From the NCBI GenBank assembly GCA_963705255.1, contig OY970061.1:128001-192000 (forward strand): 64,000 nucleotides of DNA, written 5' to 3'. The position numbers and the translations under genes were made by a program. The number at the start of each line of letters is the position of its first letter. Positions within the stretch are counted from its first letter, which is position 1. The stretch comes from an uncultured Methanoregulaceae archaeon (GTDB lineage Archaea; Halobacteriota; Methanomicrobia; Methanomicrobiales; Methanospirillaceae). The notes beneath the pieces were generated by a model. The model made no database searches and was not told the origin of the DNA. It was given only the letters and a program-made list of their open reading frames with translations. Shown here piece by piece: positions 20,146 through 30,840 of the stretch.

Positions 20146-21747
20146 ATGTATTCTATTCTGTATGTGGACGATGAAGAGCTCCTACTGACCTCAAATAAGT
20201 TATTACTGGAAAAAAACGGCGAATTTTCCGTGGATACGGTACAATCGGCCGAGATCGCGCTTCAGCAGATCGCGACAACAGGATATGATGCAGTACTGTC
20301 AGACTACCAGATGCCGGGTATGGACGGCATCGAGTTTCTCAAGCAGGTGCGATCGCGGTTCGGCAACCTGCCGTTCGTGTTATTCACCGGAAAAGGGCGG
20401 GAAGAGATCGTGATCGAAGCCCTGAACAACGGCGCCGATTTTTACATCCAGAAAGGCCCAGACATCAAAGGGATGATTGCCGAACTCAAACACAAAATCC
20501 GTCGTGCAATTGAGAGAAAGCGGTTCGCGGAGAGGATTGTCGAGTCCGAACAGCAGCTGGCTGATATTATCGATTTCCTCCCCGACGCGACCTGCGCGAT
20601 CGATATCCGCGGAAAGGTGATCGCATGGAACAGGGCAATGGAAACTCTGACCGGGATACCGAAGAGCGGGATGGTCGGAAAAGGGGACTATGCCTATGCC
20701 GTGCCATTTTACGGGGAGCCTCGTGCGGTCCTGATGGATCTCGTGCTCAAGGGAGATCCCGGGGCTGAAGCACACTACGGTCACCTGGAAAAAACGGGAG
20801 GCAAGATCAATTCCGAGGTATTCATTCCCCGGGCTTTCGGCGGGAAAGGGGCCTACGTATGGGCGACAGCATCCCCGCTGTACGACCGGTCCGGAAACGT
20901 CATTGGTGCCATTGAGTCCATCAGGGATGTCACGGAACAGTACCTCATACGGCGTGAGCTGGACACGGCCCGGGAGATGAACCTGGGGTTTGCCAATATC
21001 CTTCCCGTGGGCGTGTACGAGATGGACTGCGACTGCAATCTTACCTTTGCCAATGACCGGGCATATGAGTTGTTCGGCCTCATCCGGGAAGATGCCGGCC
21101 AGGAGATCTGTATCCTGGATTATATCACCCCGGTCGACCGGAAACGGGCGGCCGGGGACATCCGGAATGCAATGGCGGATCCGAAAAAAAACGGTCAGGA
21201 GTACCTGCTCCAGAGAAAAGACGGCAGTACGTTCCCATCCCTCATCTACGGTGCCCCCGTTATCGATTCCCGGTCAAAGAACGTCACCGGCCTCCGGGGG
21301 GTCATCATCGACCTGACCCAGCGGAAACGGGAAGCACAGGCACTTCGCGAGAGCGAAGAACGGTTAAAACTTGCGGTCAGAGCCGGGGACCTGGGCATCT
21401 GGGACGTGGATATGCGCACTATGACGGTCTACGAGATCCATGAATGGGCCCTGCGTACGCTGGACCATGATCCGGGACTGAAGCCCGTGACGATAAATTC
21501 CTGTAAGACCATGGTCCACCCGCTCGACCTGCCCCGGCTGCTCTTTGCATTCTTCCGTCATCTCAAAGGAAGAGTGCCCCTTTTTGAAGGAGAATTCCGG
21601 ATGCGCCACAACGACGGGACCTGGATATGGGTCATGGCACGCGGAAAGATCATTGAGCGGAATTCCCGTGGGGAACCTGTCCGGATCACGGGGACGATCA
21701 ATGCAGTCAGCCGGCCCCGGTCACCCGGCAAGAAGAGCTGTTCATAA
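20146..21747 (+). CDS. receiver + multi-PAS signalling protein without an output domain
   Basis: ILYVDDE, SDYQMPGMDG, FTGKG, YIQKG receiver domain followed by three PAS/PAC units. Confidence 0.9.
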   Translation: MYSILYVDDEELLLTSNKLLLEKNGEFSVDTVQSAEIALQQIATTGYDAVLSDYQMPGMDGIEFLKQVRSRFGNLPFVLFTGKGREEIVIEALNNGADFYIQKGPDIKGMIAELKHKIRRAIERKRFAERIVESEQQLADIIDFLPDATCAIDIRGKVIAWNRAMETLTGIPKSGMVGKGDYAYAVPFYGEPRAVLMDLVLKGDPGAEAHYGHLEKTGGKINSEVFIPRAFGGKGAYVWATASPLYDRSGNVIGAIESIRDVTEQYLIRRELDTAREMNLGFANILPVGVYEMDCDCNLTFANDRAYELFGLIREDAGQEICILDYITPVDRKRAAGDIRNAMADPKKNGQEYLLQRKDGSTFPSLIYGAPVIDSRSKNVTGLRGVIIDLTQRKREAQALRESEERLKLAVRAGDLGIWDVDMRTMTVYEIHEWALRTLDHDPGLKPVTINSCKTMVHPLDLPRLLFAFFRHLKGRVPLFEGEFRMRHNDGTWIWVMARGKIIERNSRGEPVRITGTINAVSRPRSPGKKSCS

Positions 21748-21946
21748 CCCGGGATCTCCATATGGAGCTATCCTTGATCTCCCCGGTTACGGCATCCGGT
21801 CGCTTTTCGCATGCCGGGGGTTTCCGGCATATCGCCTCTTCACTTGCCGGCTGACGGATCGTGAAATTGATGTAGACGTGATGAGAGAGTACCTATCATG
21901 GACGTTTCCGAAACCGTCCCCTATCCTGTGACGGAGTGAAGCCATA

Positions 21947-22828
21947 ATGCCGGAAGAGATGCCGGACCCTTCCCTCAGTGCCACCCTCCTCTCCCTGCAG
22001 AGAGCAGAGATCACCGAGCACCACATCTATGCAAAGATCGCCTCAGTGACAGAAGAGCGGCGCAACCGGGACGTGCTGGAGCGTATCGCATCGGAAGAGA
22101 TGGACCACTATGCCATCTGGAAGCGCTACACCCGGCAGGACATCCCGCCGGACACGTTCCGTATCTGGTATTATTGCCTGATGGCATGGGTTCTCGGGAT
22201 CACCTTCACGCTCAAGCTGATGGAGAGCGTAGAGAGGCGTGCCCAGCAGATGAACCCGGCACTCCTGTCTGCAATTCCCGAGATCCCCGGCATGCTCGCC
22301 AACGAGGAAGAGCACGAGCGCGAACTCATCGCCCTCATCGACGAGGAACGTCTGCGGTACATGGGCTCGGTCGTACTGGGGCTCAACGATGCCCTGGTGG
22401 AATTCACCGGCATGCTCGCCGGGCTGACGTTTGCCCTCCAGAACTCCCGGATCATCGCGGTTGCCGGCCTGATCACCGGTGTTGCGGCAGCCCTTTCCAT
22501 GGGGTCCTCGGAATATCTCTCCCGGAAATCTGAGGGTGCGGCAACGGATCCGAAAAAAGCGGCGCTGTACACCGGGTTTACCTACATGGTGACCGTAGTC
22601 CTGCTCATCCTGCCGTTCCTGGTACTCGAAAACCCCTACACCTCTCTTGTACTCACCCTGCTCGGGGCGGTCGCCGTCATATTCTTCTTCACCTACTACA
22701 TCTCGGTGGCAAAGGACCTTCCTTTCCGGACCCGGTTTGCCGAGATGCTCGCGATAAGTTTCGGTATTGCGGCGGTCTCCTTTGTCATAGGGCTCGTGAT
22801 ACGGGTGGTCCTGAACGTCAGCGTATGA
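21947..22828 (+). CDS. rubrerythrin-like + VIT1/CCC1 iron transporter family protein
   Basis: ExxH motifs (EEMDH, EEEHE) then VLGLNDALVEFTG and SMGSSEYLS. Confidence 0.9.
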   Translation: MPEEMPDPSLSATLLSLQRAEITEHHIYAKIASVTEERRNRDVLERIASEEMDHYAIWKRYTRQDIPPDTFRIWYYCLMAWVLGITFTLKLMESVERRAQQMNPALLSAIPEIPGMLANEEEHERELIALIDEERLRYMGSVVLGLNDALVEFTGMLAGLTFALQNSRIIAVAGLITGVAAALSMGSSEYLSRKSEGAATDPKKAALYTGFTYMVTVVLLILPFLVLENPYTSLVLTLLGAVAVIFFFTYYISVAKDLPFRTRFAEMLAISFGIAAVSFVIGLVIRVVLNVSV

Positions 22829-23159
22829 GGACAGGAACGCATTTTATTCCGTCCCCGTGCGCTCCTGCCGACAGAAGAACAACCACGTTCACCCCCGGAT
22901 CTCCGGATCTCTGCCCATGAACGCTGATTCATCAGGGACCTGCCGGCAGTCATCACGGTGTCCCCGGACCCCGCTATCGTGAATATCCCTCTGCCGGTCA
23001 GAAGGAGCCCGGCGAGGGATGGCCTGCGGCCATATGCATAGCCCGGCTTTCCTGACGTTTTTATATACTTCATAATAAAAAATGAGGTAATTATACCATG
23101 TCCTCCCTTAATCTCGTATGGGGGAAAACCCTTATACAGCCATTTCCGGTCTGATCTCC

Positions 23160-25291
23160 ATGCCCCTCCCCCTACCCGCCCGGCCCAGGCTCAACGTCCG
23201 GGCCAAGATACTGATTATTTTCCTGGCCCTCTCCCTCATCTCGCTCCTCATTACCGGGTACGTGGCGTTTTTTACCATCAGCAGTGTGGGCAGGTCTGCT
23301 GAAACGAGCAGCTTGTCTCTCGGGCAGGAAGCCGTGGACGAGGCCAGCTCGGCCCTCCGGCAATCCGGGCAGGAAAATCTTCTCCAGATCGCAACCGGCG
23401 AGGTTGCCGTCACCGATGTCCTGTTCGAGGATACGGATTCTGAAATGGAGATCCTTGCTGCAGGCGCAAAGATCCTCGGGAACAACCCTCCTGTCCGGCC
23501 GGAGATACCCTCCTTCGGAAGGAATGAGCCCCCACAGGACCCCGGCATGGCAGTGCTCTTCCTCATCTCCCCGGATTCCCGGATAACCCGCGATTCCGAA
23601 GAGTTCAAAACCCTTGCAGGGCTGGACGATCTTCTGTATGCGGTGTACCAGACCGACGAGAACATGTCCAGTATCTACGTAGCCACGGACTCGGGCATCG
23701 TCCGCATGTACCCGTGGATCGCCATGCCGGGCCAGATACCGGATTCACGGCAGAGAGCGTGGTTCACCGGGGCTGAGAACACGAGCGATATCTTCTGGAC
23801 CGGACCCTATGTGGACGCTGCGGGGCACGGCCTTGTGATGACCGCCTCGAAAGCCGTCAGTACCGAAATACGGCACGTGGGTGCTCGGCAGCGATGTAAC
23901 TGTCAGTGTTGTCAACGCAGAGTTCCTCAACATGACCCTTGGCGGCAAAGGATATGCCGTGCTCATGGACGGCGGGGGAAACATCATCAGCCGCCCCGGG
24001 CTCTCGGCCGGGAACGCGTCCTGGGATGAGCCGTTCAGGAACGAGAATGTCTTCTTAAGCCCCGACCCGGCACTTGTTGCGCTGGGGAGGAATATGACGG
24101 CCGGTAAGACCGGCGTCGAGATGGTGCGGTTCGGGAATGAGGACAGTTTTGTCGCCTATGCTCCGGTAGGGTTCCGGAACTGGAGTTTTGCCGTATCCAT
24201 GCCGGTCGCCGAGATCACCGCACCGGTGGAAAAGACCCAGGCGAAGATCATCAGTTCGACCCGGGAGACCGGTGCCCTCATCAACCGCCAGACGGGAGAG
24301 GTACTGGATATTTTTGCCGTGCTGTTCCTCGGTACTCCTGGTCATTGTCGTCGTGCTCTCCCTCTACCTTGCCCGTGTCATTACCCGTCCCGTTGAATCG
24401 CTGAAGGAAGGTACGCTGGCGCTGGGCAGGGGCGATCTCGATTACCGGGTCAGGATTGAGACCGGGGACGAGTTCGAGGAGCTGGCCGGATCCTTCAACC
24501 GCATGGCTGCAGACCTCAAGAAGAATATCGAAGATCTCCGGAGAACGACCGCCGAAAAGGAGCGGTATGTCAAGGAACTCGAGATCGCAAAGGAGATCCA
24601 GGAGAGCATCCTTCCCGAATCAACACCGGATATCCCCGGCTTTGAAACGGGAGCGGTGACCATTCCTGCCCTGGAGATCGGTGGAGACCTGTATGATTTC
24701 ATCCCGCTGGAAGGGAACCGCTGGGGTTTTACCATCGCCGATGTATCCGGCAAAGGCGTGAGTGCAGCGCTCTTCATGGCGATCTCGCGGAACCTCATCC
24801 ATGCAAGCGGGAGGGCGCTCGCGGACCCGTCGGCAGCCATACGGCAGGCCAACCGGCTGATGTACGAGGACAACAGGTCGAACATGTTCATCACGGTCTT
24901 CTACGGAGTGCTCGATCCGCTCCGGATGACCTTTTCCTATGTGAACGCCGGCCATAACCCCCCGCTGCTGGTGCGGGGCGATCCCCCGGTGATAATAAGC
25001 CTTGAAGGGAAGGGCATTGCCCTCGGGGTGGTCCCGGACGTGAATATTACCCCCGGTATCCTCACGCTGGAGCGGGGGGACCTTATTGTCATGTATACCG
25101 ATGGCGTCACTGAAGCCTTCAACGAACAGGACGTGGACTTCGGCGAGGAGAGGCTCATGGCCTTTGTCCGGAGGAACAGGGCACGACCCGTCGGGGAGAT
25201 TGTCTCAGGACTTCTCGACGAGATACGGCAGTTCTCCGGTAATGCCCCGCAGTCTGACGATATAACTCTGGTCGTACTCAGGGTGCTGTAG
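23160..25291 (+). CDS. membrane Cache-HAMP-SpoIIE (PP2C) phosphatase, split by indels near 23864 and 24331
   Basis: Cache WFT..WTGPYVDAAG, HAMP DEFEELAGSFNRM, PP2C IGGDLYD, ADVSGKG, YTDGVTEA, SDDIT. Confidence 0.88.
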
Positions 25292-25586
25292 AGGGTTGCC
25301 CTGCCGGCACTGTCCGGAGTTCTGGAGAATTCTCCCTCCGGGATACAGGGAAGATCAACATACTTTTTTGAAACCGGAGGGATCAACCTGTACGTAGCCG
25401 TTCCGTTTTACAAGGTACCCCGGGAACTCCGTATCCCCAGGAGTGCCCCCGGTGTCGTACCCCCCCAGACCGCCCGGATGCATGGGGACACCCTGCCCGA
25501 TCCCGCGGTCTGAATCCTGCCCTTTCTGACAGGAATCAGGGGGAGAGGGCGGTCTTCAGGATTCCGTGAAAGACCCGGACGCACGA

Positions 25587-27539
25587 TTATACCCGGGGCT
25601 GCTGCTGGGTAGCGCAATGGAAGGTGCCGGACCCTTCGACCATTGCGCGGGCGTTGATCCCCACCACCTTCCGGCCTGGGAAGAATTTCTGCACGATCAG
25701 CAGGGCAGCAGCATCCTTCGGGTCATCGAAGACCGGCACGATCACGACCGTATTTCCGATATAGAAGTTGGTATAACTCGCCGGGTAGCGCTCATCCCCG
25801 TCAGCAACTTTTGCCGGCATCGGCAGTTTCACCACGGTCAGCGGCCTGCCGTCCTGGTCGGTTGACTGCCGGAGGATCTCGTAGTTGTCCTGCAGGGCCG
25901 GATAATTGGTATCGGAGATATCGGCCTCATATGCACATACCACGGTCGACGGGCCGACGAACCGGGCGATGTCATCGATGTGCCCATCCGTGTCATCCCC
26001 GGCCACACCGTCATTCAGCCAGATGACCTTTTCCACGCCAAGATACTCCCTGAGCCGGTCTTCGATCCCGTCCGCTGAAAGCGCCGGGTTGCGGTTGGGG
26101 TTCAGGAGGCATGCCCGTGTTGTCAGCACGGTCCCCCTGCCATTCACGTCAACCGATCCCCCTTCCAGCACGATACCGGGCTCGAAGAGAGGCAGCGAGA
26201 GGCGGCGGTTCATGATGCGGGGGATATTCCCGTCCCTGACCTGGTCCTCGTATTTCCCGCCCCACGCATTGAAATCCCAGCGGACCATGGCAGTCCTCTG
26301 CAGGGCACGGTTGACAACGAACGTGGGCCCGTAGTCCCGGATCCAGACGTCGGAATATTCACTCGTATGGAGCGTGACCCGCTGGAGGTCCACCCCCAGG
26401 TCACGGAGCCTCGCCCTGACTTTGCGGCGGACTACGGCAGTCGGCACGAAAAGGTCCACCTTCTCCGACGGTTGGATTGCGGCGATGAACTCGTAGTATG
26501 CCTGCTCGACTGCTGCTATCCGGGGGAACGTATTCCTGTTGTGCGGCCACGAGAGCCAGACCGTTTCATGGGGTTCCCATTCCGCCGGCATATGGAACCC
26601 CCGGTTCCGGGGAGTGTCGCCTTTTCGCAGCAGGGGGAAGACCGGGTCTTCACCGGGAAACGGTACACAGATCCTGCCATACGTCTCCGGCCGGCGGTTC
26701 CGGAAAAAACCCCACGAGTCGCGGACAGAGGTGTTCATTGCCAGGTCCACCGGGGCTATCAGGGTCTCTTCCGCGGCACCTGCCCGGGCGATGATCTTCC
26801 CGAAGGCATCACAGACAAAGGAACCACCGAAAAATCTGATCCCCCCTTCCCTCCCGACCCTGTTCACTGCGGCGATATGAACGCTGTTTGCAATGGCATG
26901 GCTCCGCTGGATCAGCTCCCAGGTCTCCCGCCAGTCCCCTTCTGCAGGCTCAACCGGGCCGGGATGGCCGATTGCCGTCGGGTAGAAGAGTATCTCTGCT
27001 CCTTCCAGGGCGACGCACCGGGCTGCTTCCGGGAACCACTGGTCATAGCAGATGAGAACCGCGATACGCCCGTAACGGGTCGCAAAAACCCTGTACGTCT
27101 CTCCAGGATAGAAGTAGCCCTTCTCAAAAAAACCGGGATCCTGGGGGATATGGACTTTGTGGTAGGGAGGGTGAAGGCTCCCGTCGGCATCGATCACGAC
27201 TGCGGTGTTGGAGAACCTGCCATCGGGAGATCTTTCGAAGAGCGGCACGATGATGACGACTCCCCGGTCGCGGGCGATCCCGGAAAATACATCTGTGGAC
27301 TCTCCGGGGACGGTCTCGGCAAAAACCGATGCATCAGTACCGGGATGCTGGGGAAAATAGCGGCTCCTGAAGAGTTCCGGGAGGCAGATTATCTTTGCCC
27401 CCGCGTGTGCCGCCTCCCCGACTCTCACCCGTGCTTTTTCCAGCTCAGCCCCGGGGTCATTGCCCACCGCCATCTGAATGAGCCCGATGATAACGTTTCC
27501 CGGATCCATAGGCCTCGTGGTATACGCATTTTTTTTCAT
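25587..27539 (-). CDS. aguB-aguA: fused N-carbamoylputrescine amidase (CN-hydrolase) + agmatine deiminase
   Basis: N-terminal LPELF, YHKVHIP, ICYDQWFPEAAR (E-K-C triad); C-terminal MPAEWEPH, WIRDYGP, EGGSVDVNG, DDTDGHID, FHCATQQQP. Confidence 0.92.
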   Translation of the reverse strand: MKKNAYTTRPMDPGNVIIGLIQMAVGNDPGAELEKARVRVGEAAHAGAKIICLPELFRSRYFPQHPGTDASVFAETVPGESTDVFSGIARDRGVVIIVPLFERSPDGRFSNTAVVIDADGSLHPPYHKVHIPQDPGFFEKGYFYPGETYRVFATRYGRIAVLICYDQWFPEAARCVALEGAEILFYPTAIGHPGPVEPAEGDWRETWELIQRSHAIANSVHIAAVNRVGREGGIRFFGGSFVCDAFGKIIARAGAAEETLIAPVDLAMNTSVRDSWGFFRNRRPETYGRICVPFPGEDPVFPLLRKGDTPRNRGFHMPAEWEPHETVWLSWPHNRNTFPRIAAVEQAYYEFIAAIQPSEKVDLFVPTAVVRRKVRARLRDLGVDLQRVTLHTSEYSDVWIRDYGPTFVVNRALQRTAMVRWDFNAWGGKYEDQVRDGNIPRIMNRRLSLPLFEPGIVLEGGSVDVNGRGTVLTTRACLLNPNRNPALSADGIEDRLREYLGVEKVIWLNDGVAGDDTDGHIDDIARFVGPSTVVCAYEADISDTNYPALQDNYEILRQSTDQDGRPLTVVKLPMPAKVADGDERYPASYTNFYIGNTVVIVPVFDDPKDAAALLIVQKFFPGRKVVGINARAMVEGSGTFHCATQQQPRV

Positions 27540-27742
27540 GGGATATCAGGATATCCATATTTGACGCGGGCCAGCCGGGCAGGACCGGGGGCCGGAACTT
27601 CAAAGAACCGGGCGGGCACCGGCTGCCGGGAATCCTTCCATGTCGTATCGGCCCGGAAGACCGGTCACTCCCGGGACCACGACTCTTTTGGGCAGTCTGG
27701 AATGATTCAGGCGATACGGGCCCAAAAACAGTCGAATATATA

Positions 27743-27768
27743 TTACTAAATGGGAAATATATTTGACA
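27743..27768. promoter_or_regulatory. putative XRE operator, copy 1 (degenerate)
   Basis: TTACT-AAA-TGGGA-AATATATT-TGACA just after a TATA-like element; aligns with the copies at 28745 and 29335. Confidence 0.6.
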
Positions 27769-27778
27769 AAGAGATGCC

Positions 27779-28240
27779 ATGAAGAAGAATACGTTTTATA
27801 TTTTTACCGGGTGTGTCGCGGTTGCCCTCCTCGCGATATTCTGGTATTCAGTGGAACTTCACCTTCCTTTTGTGCTGGAGATCGCCATCATCATCGGGAT
27901 CGGGGCCATCTACTTTGCACGGCGCACAGTCACGGATCTCATCGAGGATGAACGGAGCGCCAGGATCACAGAGAAAGCGGCCATGAGGACGATGCAGGTC
28001 TTCTGGGTCGTGTTCTGTGCATTTTCCATCGGCGCTGTCATGAATATGCTGTACATCCCCCGGTTCACCAGGCTGCCACTGTCTGAACGCCCGGCGGAGA
28101 TGCTGCCTCCGGAGATCTTACCTCCCCGGACTATCGGATATATCCAGCTTGGCCTCCTGTGCCTGATGATATTCCTCTACGTCGGATTCAGGTTGTACTA
28201 CGCCAGAAAATACGGGGATTGGGAGACTGATGAAGAATAA
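27779..28240 (+). CDS. DUF2178 family membrane protein
   Basis: IEDERSARITEKAAMRTMQVF motif; TM helices; coupled to the XRE gene. Confidence 0.85.
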   Translation: MKKNTFYIFTGCVAVALLAIFWYSVELHLPFVLEIAIIIGIGAIYFARRTVTDLIEDERSARITEKAAMRTMQVFWVVFCAFSIGAVMNMLYIPRFTRLPLSERPAEMLPPEILPPRTIGYIQLGLLCLMIFLYVGFRLYYARKYGDWETDEE

Positions 28241-28448
28241 GATCAAGGTTTTCCGGGCAATGCATGATCTCACTCAGGAAGACCTCGCCAAGGCGATCGG
28301 TGTTACCCGCCAGACCATCTTGGCAATCGAGAAGGGGAAGTACGTCCCGTCCCTTGACCTTGCCTTCAAAATTGCACGCTACTTCAACGTAACTATCGAA
28401 GAAACGTTCACCTATGGAGAAGAAGCCCGGATGACTGATGTCGACTGA
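28230..28448 (+). CDS. XRE/Cro-C1 HTH transcriptional regulator (COG1476-like)
   Basis: MKNKIKVFRAMHDLTQEDLAKAIGVTRQTILAIEKGKYVPSLDLAFKIARYF. Confidence 0.95.
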   Translation: MKNKIKVFRAMHDLTQEDLAKAIGVTRQTILAIEKGKYVPSLDLAFKIARYFNVTIEETFTYGEEARMTDVD

Positions 28449-28744
28449 TCTTTTCATGCGTCCGAAGAACTGCAGAACGGGTGCAGGGCTCAGAATCTCC
28501 CCGATTTTTCTTTCGTTCTTCTTTTAACAGCGTTTCATGTATTCCTTTTCTCCCGGTGAGGTCCGGTAACAATACCCTCATTTGAGCAGAATGGTGTCCC
28601 CGGTACTTTAGCTGGATGCGTGCGCTGTTCTGCGATCGGGAGCCGGTCATGATGAACCGTGACCTGTCTGAGATTTCATGGTATCGTCATAAAAAGAGAG
28701 GATCCCGGTGGCATAGTCGTATCCGGGAATTCGAAAAGTATAAA

Positions 28745-28772
28745 TTACAAAATGTAAAATATGTTTTACATT
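28745..28772. promoter_or_regulatory. putative XRE operator, copy 2 (perfect inverted repeat)
   Basis: AATGTAAAA-TATG-TTTTACATT 28751-28772 directly downstream of the BRE/TATA-like AAAAGTATAAA. Confidence 0.75.
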
Positions 28773-28829
28773 GGATCGCTTTCATCAGCGCTTCCATCAC
28801 TGATATTCCAGATTCAGGTGAACGCAATC

Positions 28830-29160
28830 ATGAAAACGCCCAAAATGTACTATGGTGCCCTTGTGGTATTCTGCATAGCAGCACTCGGCGTTGGTATGGC
28901 CAGTGCGGGGGGCGGAACACTCGCCATTTACGGTAACACCGGCGTTGAAGCGTATGGACATCCGCTTGACCTGACCAATATAACGGTTCAGCAGCACCTG
29001 CTGACTCATCTTGAACAGCAGGGAGTGGACGTACGTGCACTCAGGTACTGCCTTCCGGAATGGTGATACAGCAGCGATACGGACATGGTTTGAAAACTAC
29101 CGTCAGTCACACCCCTTTAAAATAGCAGGTCCCCTGAACCCGGATACGTCTTCATCCTAG
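28830..29160 (+). CDS. secreted hypothetical protein, split by a +1 indel near 29046
   Basis: Signal peptide; after GVDVRALR the alternative frame reads TAFRNGDTAAIRTWFENYRQSHP..* (TAG 29158-29160). Confidence 0.65.
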
Positions 29161-29334
29161 ACCGTCACGGTCACAGGGGGCCGGCCCGATCAAACCCCTC
29201 AGATGTTTTTGGTGAAGACCTCCGGTTTACCGGTTCGTTGGTATTCCGGGCATCCCGGAATCCGGGCGCCTTAAAAATGAAAAAAACGAACGATTATTAT
29301 CCAGATGAGAGTGTACCTGACAAAAAGGTATATA

Positions 29335-29360
29335 GTACAAAATGTAAAATATACATTACA
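29335..29360. promoter_or_regulatory. putative XRE operator, copy 3
   Basis: GTACA-AAA-TGTAA-AATATACA-TTACA after AAAAGGTATATA. Confidence 0.72.
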
Positions 29361-29449
29361 ATTTGTGCACGAATCACAGAATTATCCGAAAGAACCTCTT
29401 GAAGAAACATAGTAATATCTGAACACCTGTACCAGACAAAGGAGAAATT

Positions 29450-30829
29450 ATGAAAAAACGCATAGGAATTTTCAGCTGCATACTTCTGTTGCTGCTTATT
29501 GGTGCGGCAAGTGTAGCCGGCTTAACAAGCACGGGCACAGGCACGGGCACGAGCACAGGCACGAGCACAGCAAGCGCGTCGACAACGACACTTTCACCGG
29601 AACAGGCACTTGCCCAGATCTCCGTGACTTCGGTAACGCTCGATCCCCAGGTATTTTATCCCGGTGAATCGGGGACTATCACGGTCCAGGTGACGAACAG
29701 CGGAACCCAGTCCGTCGCCCTCAGAAGTGCGTCTATCGTTGATTCCAATATTGTTGTTGTTGGAGACACGAATCCCTATAACACCATGCTCTACCTTGGT
29801 CCCGGAAATACCATGACCTATTCGTTCGTAGTAACGGCGACAACCAAGGCGGGAACGTATTTCCCCCTGTTCTCCCTGGCCTCACGGGACGCCGGCAGCA
29901 TCCGGTACCCTATCCAGGTCGAGGTGGAAGCCAATGATATCCAGGCCGCCATCTCGTTAAAACCGGACAACTTTGCCGTCTCAACGGATAACAACGTCAA
30001 CCTCAGTATCGTCAATACCCGGGATGGTCCTGTCGGTACCATAGTCGTGACCCCGGAAGCTGACGGTGTTGTGGTCAGCCCGTCACAGGCTTTCGTGAGT
30101 TCGTTGGATGCCGGAAGTAACGTGCAAATCCCGTTTAATATCATACCATCCACGGGCACAAATGTCACGTTTCATATCACCTACCAGAACGGCGTCATGA
30201 ACGAGCACTCGACTGATGTGGTCCTCCCCCTGAACTTTGGAGTGAACAAAGCGGCAGTAGTACCGGTCATCAACGACCTGGCTCTGGTCGACCAGGGAGG
30301 CGTCTACCAGCTGACCGGTGACGTGACCAATACGGGTATTACCGATGCGAACGGACTCGTCCTCATGGTCGGTCCGCCTGCCATCCCTCAGGAGCCCTAC
30401 TCGAACTATGCAGTCGGATCCCTCACATCCAACGACTTCTCGAGTTTTACCCTCACCTTTACCGCAAATGATCTCTCAGATATCCCCATTCTTATCCAGT
30501 GGAAAGATGCAAACGGAAATACCCTCAGCACCGCAAAGAACCTCGATCTCAGATCGCTCGTTGCGTACGGCACCGCTGGCACGCGCAGCAGCTCAGGAAG
30601 TTCCGGTACGACTGGAGGCTCTGCAGCAGGCGGTTCCGCAGCGGCAGCCGGTGGCGGCGGCCAGTTCCGCGGCGGGGGCGGGGGTATCGGCGGCATCTTC
30701 GGTGGCGGAGGCAGGGGTGGCGACCTCGCTGCATTCTATCCCGTGATTGCCGGAGGCATAATCGTCATCATCGCCATCGTCCTGTGGATGAAACGGAAAT
30801 GGATACTATCAAAACTGAAGAAACAGTGA
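29450..30829 (+). CDS. COG1361-like S-layer-domain protein associated with the ABC exporter
   Basis: Signal peptide, beta-rich Ig-like repeats, LTGDVTNTGITDA, Gly-rich linker, C-terminal TM + basic tail. Confidence 0.8.
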   Translation: MKKRIGIFSCILLLLLIGAASVAGLTSTGTGTGTSTGTSTASASTTTLSPEQALAQISVTSVTLDPQVFYPGESGTITVQVTNSGTQSVALRSASIVDSNIVVVGDTNPYNTMLYLGPGNTMTYSFVVTATTKAGTYFPLFSLASRDAGSIRYPIQVEVEANDIQAAISLKPDNFAVSTDNNVNLSIVNTRDGPVGTIVVTPEADGVVVSPSQAFVSSLDAGSNVQIPFNIIPSTGTNVTFHITYQNGVMNEHSTDVVLPLNFGVNKAAVVPVINDLALVDQGGVYQLTGDVTNTGITDANGLVLMVGPPAIPQEPYSNYAVGSLTSNDFSSFTLTFTANDLSDIPILIQWKDANGNTLSTAKNLDLRSLVAYGTAGTRSSSGSSGTTGGSAAGGSAAAAGGGGQFRGGGGGIGGIFGGGGRGGDLAAFYPVIAGGIIVIIAIVLWMKRKWILSKLKKQ

Positions 30830-30840
30830 CCGGGTTGGTT

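Noticed and set aside
29531-29572. Hexamer tandem repeats (ACGGGC/ACAGGC/ACGAGC)
   Set aside because: They encode an ordinary Thr-Gly/Thr-Ser linker in a surface protein
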